Made by a program: the position numbers and the translations under genes. From positions 14,623-78,622 of the forward strand of contig JBIOHC010000002.1 of assembly GCA_044448685.1 (NCBI GenBank): a DNA stretch of 64,000 nt, in the 5' to 3' direction. The stretch comes from Bacteroidia bacterium (GTDB taxonomy: Bacteria; Bacteroidota; Bacteroidia; Palsa-965). The notes beneath the pieces were generated by a model. It ran no database searches and was not told the origin of the DNA. It saw only the letters and a list, made by a program, of their open reading frames with translations. This document shows, one piece after another, positions 1 through 8,327 of the stretch; position 1 is the first letter of the stretch; the number at the start of each line of letters is the position of its first letter.

Positions 1-2
1 AA

Positions 3-440
3 GTGGAAATCTATTCAGGGATCACGTGTTTCGGAATAAGATCCAGGTTGGAGACCATTCTTTCTTGCAAAGAAGAGCCCGCCTCAGTACATATCCTTTC
101 CCCATTCGATAATCTTGTCATACAGCGAAAACGCCTGAGCCAATTATTCGGATTCGATTATGTTATTGAATGTTATGTGCCTGAAGCGAAAAGGAAATTC
201 GGGTATTTCTGCCTCCCGGTTCTGGATGGGATTAACTTTGCTGCCCGTTTTGATCCGAAAGCAGACCGGGAAACGGGTCTTTTTCATATCAAAAGCTGGT
301 ACAGTGAAAAAGGGTGGAAACCAAACCCTGCTTTTGCAGAGGCTTTTGCCCTGAAACTGCAGGATTATGCCCGATTTTCGGGATGTGATAGTACAGTAGC
401 CGGAAAGGATATACCGGCCCTGATCAGAAAAAAGCTGTAA
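3..440 (+). CDS. C-terminal fragment of a YcaQ-family winged-helix protein (DNA-crosslink-repair glycosylase family); the 5' end lies outside the window
   Basis: The ORF is open to the window start. The C-terminal pattern 'YVPEAKRKFGYFCLPVLDG...RFDPKADRETGLFHIKSWYSE' matches the conserved C-terminus of YcaQ/DUF1006 proteins. Confidence 0.5.
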   Translation: MEIYSGITCFGIRSRLETILSCKEEPASVHILSPFDNLVIQRKRLSQLFGFDYVIECYVPEAKRKFGYFCLPVLDGINFAARFDPKADRETGLFHIKSWYSEKGWKPNPAFAEAFALKLQDYARFSGCDSTVAGKDIPALIRKKL

Positions 441-458
441 TTCGTACAATATAACCTG

Positions 459-1070
459 TTGTCTTTCGTCTACCCTCGTATGATGAAGGCAATGCTACCC
501 ATACAACCAGTAATGGCTGCCGGACAAAGAGAACAAATCGGTTATGCAGTTCAGCAGGAAAGGCGCCGTCTGCTGGATTTTATCCGCCGACGGATTCCCG
601 ATGAGTCGGATGCAGAAGATATCCTGCAGGATGTCTTTTACCAGTTCAGCGAAAGTTTCATGATACAGCCTATTGAACAAGTCAGCGCCTGGCTGTTCAG
701 AGCTGCACGAAACAGGATTACCGATCTTTTCCGGAAAAAGAAAGCAACTCCTTTCAGCCGTACCTTCCATCCATCCGATGATGAGGAAGACGGTCCATCT
801 ATTGATGATTTCCTTCCGGATGCATCCGGGGGACCGGAAGCTGTCTATGCCCGGAAAATCATTATGGCTGAACTGATGGAAGCACTGGATGAATTGCCGG
901 TAGAACAAAGGGACGCCTTTGTGATGCACGAAATGGAAGACAAGAGTTTCAAAGAAATGGCAGTACTTACAGGGGAAGGAGTAAACACATTGATTTCCCG
1001 TAAACGGTACGCTGTCTTATATCTGCGCGATCGCCTCAAGGCATTGCATGATGAATTCAACAACCTTTAA
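459..1070 (+). CDS. RNA polymerase sigma-70 factor, ECF subfamily
   Basis: A sigma region-2 like segment 'DAEDILQDVFYQF...WLFRAARNRITDLFRKK' and a region-4 segment 'LDELPVEQRDAFVMHEMEDKSFKEMAVLTGEGVNTLISRKRYAVLYLRDRL' are present. The true start may be an internal Met near 483 or 513. Confidence 0.8.
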   Translation: MSFVYPRMMKAMLPIQPVMAAGQREQIGYAVQQERRRLLDFIRRRIPDESDAEDILQDVFYQFSESFMIQPIEQVSAWLFRAARNRITDLFRKKKATPFSRTFHPSDDEEDGPSIDDFLPDASGGPEAVYARKIIMAELMEALDELPVEQRDAFVMHEMEDKSFKEMAVLTGEGVNTLISRKRYAVLYLRDRLKALHDEFNNL

Positions 1071-1080
1071 TTCAAACACA

Positions 1081-1443
1081 ATGAAAACTAAATATATAGT
1101 CAAAGGAATTATGTTCGGCCTGTTATGCATTGCTGCATTCCTGGGTTTCGGATGGATCACAATGCACCTCTGGAACTGGCTGCTTCCTTCTATCTTCACG
1201 AGCATTCGTGCTATCACATTCTGTGAAGCCATAGGACTGATCATTCTGAGCCGTATACTCTTCGGAGGCTTCCGTGGAGGATGGAAAGGAAGATGTGGTG
1301 GAGGCCATTGCCACGGTCACCACGGCAGCTGGAAATCGCGCTGGGAAAACAAATGGTCACAAATGACTCCCGAAGAAAAGGAAAAATTCAAAAAAGGGTT
1401 TGGAAGGAAATGCTGGGGGGAAGGGGCGGAGGAGAAGAAGTAA
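1081..1443 (+). CDS. Small predicted two-TM membrane protein with a Gly/Arg/Cys/His-rich cytoplasmic tail, immediately downstream of the ECF sigma factor (possible anti-sigma or sensor partner)
   Basis: It starts at MKTKYIV, 10 nt after the sigma-factor stop. Two hydrophobic helices are followed by 'FGGFRGGWKGRCGGGHCHGHHGSWKSRWENKW...KEKFKKGFGRKCWGEG'. I recognise no known family. Confidence 0.45.
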   Translation: MKTKYIVKGIMFGLLCIAAFLGFGWITMHLWNWLLPSIFTSIRAITFCEAIGLIILSRILFGGFRGGWKGRCGGGHCHGHHGSWKSRWENKWSQMTPEEKEKFKKGFGRKCWGEGAEEKK

Positions 1444-1506
1444 GCCTGCACACCGGCAGATCCTTCTCCCGGCGAAAAACCGGGATCAGGATGACCACGC
1501 ACTTGT

Positions 1507-2025
1507 TCACCGAATGTCTGAAGTATAAACTGCCGTTTTACCATGGCATTCGTCAGAGAACTGCTCGAATTTCATTCCAAGTTTTTCAAGTACATGCACA
1601 GAGCCGACATTAAGGATGTCGGCTTTGCCTATTATGGTAGTAAGCTTACGTTCAGTATGCCCCCATTCCAGCACCGCCTTGGCTGACTCCGTAGCATACC
1701 CCTGCCCCCAATGCTTTTTGAAAAAACGATAACCCAGGTCATAACACTCCTTGTCAGCATCCCATTTTATTCCGCACCAGCCTATCGCTTCACCGCTTGA
1801 TTTGAGTTCTGCCAGTAAACGACCCATTCCATAACGTTTATACTGAGGAAGGATATTCATATAGAGGACATTCTCTGCTTCTTTAATGTCTTTTAGAGGC
1901 AGCTCTCCCACATATTGAATCACTTCCGGATCTGCATTCAGGGCAAGAATAAAAGGGGCATCTTCCGAGGTCATTTCCCGGAGATAGAGGCGTGGGGTTT
2001 CAAGGAAGAGTTCTTCGGAATACAT
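1507..2025 (-). CDS. GNAT family N-acetyltransferase (RimJ/RimL-like)
   Basis: It is 172 aa with acetyl-CoA binding style motifs 'IGWCGIKW...YDLGYRFFKKHWGQGYATESAKAVLEWG'. Its stop lies 3 nt from the icmF start. Confidence 0.7.
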   Translation of the reverse strand: MYSEELFLETPRLYLREMTSEDAPFILALNADPEVIQYVGELPLKDIKEAENVLYMNILPQYKRYGMGRLLAELKSSGEAIGWCGIKWDADKECYDLGYRFFKKHWGQGYATESAKAVLEWGHTERKLTTIIGKADILNVGSVHVLEKLGMKFEQFSDECHGKTAVYTSDIR

Positions 2026-2027
2026 GA

Positions 2028-5000
2028 CTACATATTTCTGCGATACTGCCCACCGACCTCAAACAAGGCCTGGGTAATCTGACCCAATGAACAATACTTG
2101 GCGGCTTCCATAAGTCCGTTAAATATATTTTTGTTTTCCACGGCTAATGTCTGAAGATTGTTCAATACATCTGCAAGCTTATCTGAACTTCCTTTCTGAA
2201 GCTCCATCACCATTTTGATCTGGTATTCTTTTTCTTCCGTGGTTGCCCGTATCACTTCTTTCGGAATGATGGTAGGTGAACCTTTGGAAGAAAGGAATGT
2301 ATTGACACCTATGATAGGATACTCGCCGGTATGCTTCAGCGTTTCATAATACAGGCTTTCTTCCTGTATTTTTCCTCGCTGGTACATGGTTTCCATGGCT
2401 CCTAACACTCCTCCCCTTTCACTTATACGTTCAAATTCAAGCAATACAGCTTCTTCTACCAGATCGGTAAGCTCTTCAATGATGAAGGAACCCTGCAAAG
2501 GATTTTCATTCTTAGCCAAACCCAGCTCCCGGTTAATGATAAGCTGTATAGCCATGGCCCTTCTTACCGATTCTTCGGTAGGTGTGGTAATGGCTTCGTC
2601 ATAGGCATTGGTATGAAGTGAATTGCAGTTGTCATAAATGGCATATAATGCCTGAAGTGTTGTCCGTATATCATTGAAGTCGATTTCCTGTGCATGCAGG
2701 GAACGGCCCGAAGTCTGTATATGGTATTTAAGCATTTGTGAACGCTCGTTGGCACCATACTTCAGCTTCATGGCTTTGGCCCAGATACGGCGCGCTACAC
2801 GGCCTATTACTGCATATTCAGGATCGATACCGTTGGAGAAAAAGAAACTCAGGTTCGGTGCAAACTGATTTACATCCATACCCCGGCTTACATAATACTC
2901 GACAAAGGTAAATCCGTTACCCAGTGTAAACGCCAACTGACTGATAGGATTGGCACCGGCTTCGGCAATATGGTAACCGCTGATGGAAACGGAATAGAAA
3001 TTCCGAACGCCCTTGTCAATAAAATACTGCTGTACATCGCCCATCAGGCGCAGGGAAAATTCAGTAGAGAATATACACGTGTTCTGAGCCTGGTCTTCTT
3101 TCAGGATATCAGCTTGCACCGTTCCACGAACTGCTTTCAGGGTATCTGCTTTGATCTGCCCGTACACTTCAGCCGGCAATACCTGATCACCGGTAACACC
3201 GAGCAGCATTAAGCCGAGTCCGTCATTTCCTTCGGGCAGGGGACCCTGGTACTGTGGACGGGTAACGCCTTTCTTTTTATACAGTTCGGCAATCTTTTTA
3301 TTTACCTCCGCTTCCAGCTTATTCTTCTTGATATATACTTCACATTGCTGATCAATGGCTGCATTCATAAAAAATGCAGTCATGATGGCAGCCGGTCCGT
3401 TGATGGTCATGCTGACTGAAGTACGGGGGTCAGCCAGATTGAAACCGGAATACAGTTTCTTGGCATCATCCAGGCAACAGATGGAAACACCTGAATTGCC
3501 TATTTTACCATAGATATCCGGACGGAAGTCAGGATCCCTGCCATACAGTGTAACACTGTCAAAAGCCGTGGAAAGCCTGATGGCCGGCATATTCAGAGAT
3601 ACGTAGTGGAAACGGCGGTTGGTACGCTCCGGTCCGCCTTCCCCGGCAAACATACGGGTAGGATCTTCTCCCTCCCGTTTAAATGGGAATACACCCGCAG
3701 TATACGGAAATTCTCCCGGTACATTTTCCTGAAGGCTCCAGTGTAATATATCTCCCCAGGCTTCATAACGTGGCATCACAACCTTGGGAATCTGGGTATG
3801 GGAAAGGCTTTCGTAATGGGTTTGAATTTTCAACTCCTTGTCACGTACCTTAAAAATGAAGAATTCATTTTTGTACGACTGCACTTTCTCTTTCCACGAT
3901 TCAATTAGTTTCTTATTCTTTCCATCCAGACTTAGCTCCAGCTCGTCAAACGCTGCTTCCAGACTTTTGATAATCTGTTCCTTGTCTTTGGAGGAAGAAC
4001 CCTTCATTGTTTCTATAGAACTCCTCAGGGAATAAAGCTGTTGTGCAATCTGTTTTTGCTTTATGCTCCACTGATCATAATTCCGGTTATTCTCGGCTAT
4101 CTCGGCCAGGTAACGGGTACGCTGAGGGGGAATGATATAGATCTTCTCACTCATCTCATGGCTGGCAAGGGAGCTGGAATCAAGGGCCGCATGTGTCTTC
4201 TCCTTCACCTTTTTCATGAGGGCCTTGTAAAGCCTGTTCATTCCGGGATCATTAAACTGGGAAGCGATGGTGCCGTAAACAGCCAGGTCATCATCGGCTG
4301 TTTCCCAAAGCTGGTGATTGCGTTTGTATTGCTTTTTCACATCGCGCAAAGCATCCAGTCCACCGCGCTTGTCAAATTTGTTAAGTGCAATGACATCGGC
4401 AAAATCAAGCATATCAATCTTCTCAAGTTGTGATGCAGCCCCGTATTCAGGTGTCATCACATAGAGTGACACATTGCTGTGTTCTACAATCTCCGTATCA
4501 CTCTGTCCAATTCCCGATGTTTCGAGAATAACCAGATCAAAATTGGCTGCCTTAACAATATTCACTGCCTCCTTCACATATTTGGAAAGAGCCAGATTAC
4601 TTTGACGCGTGGCCATGGAACGCATATAGACCCGTTCGTTGTTAATGGCATTCATACGAATCCTGTCGCCCAGCAAAGCACCACCCGTTTTGCGTTTGGA
4701 AGGATCGACAGAAATGATGGCAACGGTTTTATCTTTGAAATCAATCAGGAAACGTCTTACCAATTCATCCACCAGGGAAGATTTCCCAGACCCACCTGTA
4801 CCGGTAATACCCAATACAGGAGTTTTTGACTTGGCAGAGAGCTTATGCACTTCTTCCAGCACCTCTTTACTTTGCTCCGGAAAATTCTCGGCCGCAGAAA
4901 TAAGACGTGCAATGGATTTGGCATTACGCGTGGTGAAATGCTTCAGTTCCCCGTTCAGGTTAGAGCCCGTAGCAAAATCACATTTACCCAGCATATCGTT

Positions 5001-5420
5001 GATCATTCCCTGAAGGCCCATGGTACGCCCGTCATCGGGAGAATAGATACGCGTGATGCCGTATTTCTCCAGTTCTTCAATTTCAGTAGGCAATATAGTT
5101 CCTCCACCTCCACCGAATATGCGGATATGACCACAGCCTTTTTCTTTGAGCAGGTCAAACATATATTTAAAGAATTCCATATGCCCCCCCTGATACGAAG
5201 TAAGGGCAATGGCATTGGCATCTTCCTGTACGGCACAATCCACTATTTCCACTACGCTCCGGTCATGACCCAGGTGAATGACCTCGGCCCCGCTGCTCTG
5301 AATGATACGACGCATGATATTGATGGCAGCATCATGCCCGTCGAACAAAGATGCAGCAGTTACAATCCGGATCTTGTGTTTGGAAACATACACATCCGGT
5401 TTGGTGGTAATAGTGCTCAT
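2028..5420 (-). CDS. icmF: Fused isobutyryl-CoA mutase (IcmF): B12-binding domain, MeaB-like G-protein domain and methylmalonyl-CoA-mutase-like substrate domain
   Basis: The 1130-aa product has an N-terminal B12-binding fold (GHDRS/'[11 protein letters not shown]'), a central P-loop '[12 protein letters not shown]' of G3E-family GTPases, and a C-terminal mutase TIM-barrel domain. Confidence 0.85.
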   Translation of the reverse strand: MSTITTKPDVYVSKHKIRIVTAASLFDGHDAAINIMRRIIQSSGAEVIHLGHDRSVVEIVDCAVQEDANAIALTSYQGGHMEFFKYMFDLLKEKGCGHIRIFGGGGGTILPTEIEELEKYGITRIYSPDDGRTMGLQGMINDMLGKCDFATGSNLNGELKHFTTRNAKSIARLISAAENFPEQSKEVLEEVHKLSAKSKTPVLGITGTGGSGKSSLVDELVRRFLIDFKDKTVAIISVDPSKRKTGGALLGDRIRMNAINNERVYMRSMATRQSNLALSKYVKEAVNIVKAANFDLVILETSGIGQSDTEIVEHSNVSLYVMTPEYGAASQLEKIDMLDFADVIALNKFDKRGGLDALRDVKKQYKRNHQLWETADDDLAVYGTIASQFNDPGMNRLYKALMKKVKEKTHAALDSSSLASHEMSEKIYIIPPQRTRYLAEIAENNRNYDQWSIKQKQIAQQLYSLRSSIETMKGSSSKDKEQIIKSLEAAFDELELSLDGKNKKLIESWKEKVQSYKNEFFIFKVRDKELKIQTHYESLSHTQIPKVVMPRYEAWGDILHWSLQENVPGEFPYTAGVFPFKREGEDPTRMFAGEGGPERTNRRFHYVSLNMPAIRLSTAFDSVTLYGRDPDFRPDIYGKIGNSGVSICCLDDAKKLYSGFNLADPRTSVSMTINGPAAIMTAFFMNAAIDQQCEVYIKKNKLEAEVNKKIAELYKKKGVTRPQYQGPLPEGNDGLGLMLLGVTGDQVLPAEVYGQIKADTLKAVRGTVQADILKEDQAQNTCIFSTEFSLRLMGDVQQYFIDKGVRNFYSVSISGYHIAEAGANPISQLAFTLGNGFTFVEYYVSRGMDVNQFAPNLSFFFSNGIDPEYAVIGRVARRIWAKAMKLKYGANERSQMLKYHIQTSGRSLHAQEIDFNDIRTTLQALYAIYDNCNSLHTNAYDEAITTPTEESVRRAMAIQLIINRELGLAKNENPLQGSFIIEELTDLVEEAVLLEFERISERGGVLGAMETMYQRGKIQEESLYYETLKHTGEYPIIGVNTFLSSKGSPTIIPKEVIRATTEEKEYQIKMVMELQKGSSDKLADVLNNLQTLAVENKNIFNGLMEAAKYCSLGQITQALFEVGGQYRRNM

Positions 5421-5701
5421 TAATAGCTATATAAGTGTGTGAGGAACAAAGCCTAAGCTACAAATTTACGCTTATAGGGGCATATCTGCAAATCAGGAAG
5501 GGAAATGCCTCGGGGATACAATTGAATATCAAGGGTTTGGTGATAGCCATCCCTTTCAGATAATTAAATTTCTGTTTGATATGAACACAACTCATTTCGT
5601 TAGTGCCACCCGTTCTGGGTTTCGCTCTACGCTCTGTTTCTCCGCTCTATAATTATGTCAGCCCTTCGGGATTACGGTGCTGTCTTATGTCTTGCCTCTA
5701 A

Positions 5702-6742
5702 TCACTTCTTCTCCCGTTGAACCAGCGCCTGCAGGTACCGCTTGATATTAGAACCATAAACTTCCTTAAACTCCTTGTCGAAAACCTCGTACTTAGAGTC
5801 ATAACGCCGGAAGGACATAAAAAAAGCGTTTTTCTCATCAAGTGCATCTGATACATACGACTTGTAGTTGCGTTTGTGGTAGAGTTCGAGCTTGTCAACA
5901 CCGTCAACAATAGCTTCTATCATTTCCATCTTCTTTGTTTCCTTGCCCTTGACATTGCCACCTTCGGAAAAGGTTTTGTAAAGGCTGTCGAGTCTTTCTG
6001 CTCCGTGGAGGATATATTCATTAAACACTTTACGGTCGGCCTTGCTTGTTTCGTATTCCTTGTACTGAATTGATTCAAGCCCGTATTTATACAAGAGGAA
6101 TTTTTCCGCTCCTTTATCACCTATGAAGCTGGCCAGGTTTTCATTGTAGTCAACACTGCTTTTAAGGTATATGGTTCCGTGCGTAAGCTCATGCAGAATG
6201 AGATTGGCAATGCTGCCTTCATTACGGGTTAGCATACTGCTAAGGATAGGATCTTTAAACCAGCCCAGGGTAGACCAGCCCCCTACCCCTCCGTAATCCA
6301 CATCATAACCCCTGGAGCGGAGTTCATCTGCTTCTTTTTTTCCCTTTTTGTAATCAAAAAACCCTTTGTAGGAAACGCTTCCCAAGAGTGGGAAGTGCCA
6401 TTCCTTTGGTTTCAGCTTGAAAGGTTCGGAAGCGGTAACAGTCCATAAGATGGGATGCCCGTGCTGGTCATAGACAGTGGTATAATTATCTGAATGTTTC
6501 ATACCGAGGCTGTCGACGGCATATTTCCGAATTTCTTCGATGAGGCGGAGCTTCTTTTTAAGGGAATCCGGGAAAGCCGGAGTGTTTAACATTTCGGAAA
6601 CAGGACGGGCACCCATCACAATTTTAAGCTGTCCCCTTCCCTGTGCAATGCCATAGCGTACCAACTCCTGATAACATGCACCACCCAGTACAATGACGAG
6701 CATAAACACTTCCCATACCAGAAAACGAAGGATTCTGAACAT
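5702..6742 (-). CDS. Putative zinc-dependent aminopeptidase (COG4324-like) with an N-terminal membrane anchor
   Basis: It has an N-terminal TM segment and an HExxH motif 'ILHELTHGT'. It resembles the 'predicted aminopeptidase' family of Bacteroidetes. Confidence 0.5.
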   Translation of the reverse strand: MFRILRFLVWEVFMLVIVLGGACYQELVRYGIAQGRGQLKIVMGARPVSEMLNTPAFPDSLKKKLRLIEEIRKYAVDSLGMKHSDNYTTVYDQHGHPILWTVTASEPFKLKPKEWHFPLLGSVSYKGFFDYKKGKKEADELRSRGYDVDYGGVGGWSTLGWFKDPILSSMLTRNEGSIANLILHELTHGTIYLKSSVDYNENLASFIGDKGAEKFLLYKYGLESIQYKEYETSKADRKVFNEYILHGAERLDSLYKTFSEGGNVKGKETKKMEMIEAIVDGVDKLELYHKRNYKSYVSDALDEKNAFFMSFRRYDSKYEVFDKEFKEVYGSNIKRYLQALVQREKK

Positions 6743-6792
6743 TATTCAAAATTACCGGATTCCTGCTTACATTTGAAACTCAATCGAAAAAC

Positions 6793-7554
6793 ATGTTTTT
6801 CTACTTATCAAAGCTTCTGACCTTCCTGCTTCTCCCCATCACCTGGTTGTTTGCCCTGCTCATCTATTTGTTGCTTTCCAAAAACGAAAAACGTAAACGC
6901 AAGGCCTTTCTTACTTTTTGTGCGGGGTTTTATATATTATGCAATAGCTTTCTCTCCACCGAATTCATGAGGGCCTGGGAAGTACCGGCGGTTGCCGATG
7001 AAACCCTGAGCACTTATGATGCCGGAATTGTATTAAGCGGGATGATGACGTATGATACGAAACTTAAGAAGAATCAGTTTATGCACGGAGCCGACCGTCT
7101 GCTCCAGGCTATACAACTGTACAAAAAAGGAAAAATCAAAAAGATTGTATTCACAGGTGGTTCCGGCAGCCTAACCTATCCAGACATGAAGGAAGGGATT
7201 TACATACGTGAATTTTTGCTGCAACTGGGAATACCCCAGGCTGATTTTTTTATTGAAAGTGAATCGCATAATACACGTGAGAATGCAACATTCACAAAAC
7301 CCCTGCTGGATAAGGAATTTCCTCAAGGAAAGTTTTTGCTTATCACCTCGGCTTACCATATGCGACGCTCTTTGGGCTGCTTTCGGAAGGCAGGTATAAC
7401 TGTAACCCCCTACAGTACGGATCGGCTTGCGGGTGAACGAAAGCTGGCTTTGGATTTTTATTTGATTCCAAATATTGATGCACTGGATGTATGGCAGGCT
7501 GCAATACATGAAATGAGCGGATATATGATCTATAAATTAGCCGGATACATTTAA
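6793..7554 (+). CDS. YdcF/ElyC/SanA-family (DUF218) membrane-anchored protein
   Basis: An N-terminal TM segment is followed by the DUF218 pattern 'DAGIVLSG...RLLQAIQLYKKGKIKKIVFTGG...ESESHNTRENA...LLITSAYHMRRS'. Confidence 0.7.
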   Translation: MFFYLSKLLTFLLLPITWLFALLIYLLLSKNEKRKRKAFLTFCAGFYILCNSFLSTEFMRAWEVPAVADETLSTYDAGIVLSGMMTYDTKLKKNQFMHGADRLLQAIQLYKKGKIKKIVFTGGSGSLTYPDMKEGIYIREFLLQLGIPQADFFIESESHNTRENATFTKPLLDKEFPQGKFLLITSAYHMRRSLGCFRKAGITVTPYSTDRLAGERKLALDFYLIPNIDALDVWQAAIHEMSGYMIYKLAGYI

Positions 7555-8327
7555 TGTGGAATGACGAGGGGTTCTTCCTCCTTGAAATCATCCCTGATAA
7601 GTGCGCTTATCCTTTCTATTTTTGCATAGTGATCATTTCGCCTAAATTGTATCCGTATGCCACCCAGGGAATGGGTCCCATCCTGCAATAATTTCACTTT
7701 GGCAATACCACAGCTGTCGCGACCGAGTTTCTCAAATTTAATTTCAGCCCTCACTTTTTTTTCCCGGATTGAATTGCTGATTTCTTCCAGAACTCCTCTT
7801 GCACTGTCAAAGGTTGTTTGCCTGTTGAAAAGAATCATTGCACTGTCAGACACTCCTGAACGCATATAGTTGAGCAGATTTTGCCCGGTGAGTGTACGCA
7901 TATGAGGTAACTGATTCTGCAACAAAGGTGGATGATCCCGTATGGATTGTACCATTTTAAAAAAGCCCGGAGGATCTTTAAGTATCACTTTCCAGAGTGA
8001 AAGACATTTACCGAAACTTTGGGTGATGACAAGAGAATCGAGTTTACGATCTAGCGCAGATAAGGAAGCTGCCGGATAGGATTTACGCAGCAGCCTTTCC
8101 ATGTCCTGATAAGGCGTTGTGTTTACATCGAGTTTAAGCAAAATGGAATACGCAACGGCATCACCCCAGTCCTTACTTTCTTCTCCTGCATGGCGGTTCA
8201 CACAGGCGCAGAAGCTGTCCTGGAGGGTTTCGTAGGGACTGTAGGTGACAAGGGAATCTATATTCTGAGCAGAAATGCTGAATGAGTCAAGGCTGCCAAG
8301 AAATGCGATTAGCAAAAATTTGTTCAT
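7551..8327 (-). CDS. Hypothetical secreted protein (signal peptide, several Cys residues), translationally coupled downstream of valS
   Basis: A signal-peptide-like N-terminus 'MNKFLLIAFLGSLDSFSISAQ' is present. Its start overlaps the valS stop by 4 nt. I recognise no family. Confidence 0.4.
   Translation of the reverse strand: MNKFLLIAFLGSLDSFSISAQNIDSLVTYSPYETLQDSFCACVNRHAGEESKDWGDAVAYSILLKLDVNTTPYQDMERLLRKSYPAASLSALDRKLDSLVITQSFGKCLSLWKVILKDPPGFFKMVQSIRDHPPLLQNQLPHMRTLTGQNLLNYMRSGVSDSAMILFNRQTTFDSARGVLEEISNSIREKKVRAEIKFEKLGRDSCGIAKVKLLQDGTHSLGGIRIQFRRNDHYAKIERISALIRDDFKEEEPLVIPH

Noticed and set aside
4845-5423. A 192-aa plus-strand ORF inside icmF
   Set aside because: It is antisense to the conserved mutase domain and spurious.
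5421-5701. A possible cobalamin riboswitch upstream of B12-dependent icmF
   Set aside because: I found no recognisable B12-box or conserved riboswitch core by eye, and B12 riboswitches normally control uptake or biosynthesis genes rather than B12-dependent enzymes. It is kept only as a low-interest note.
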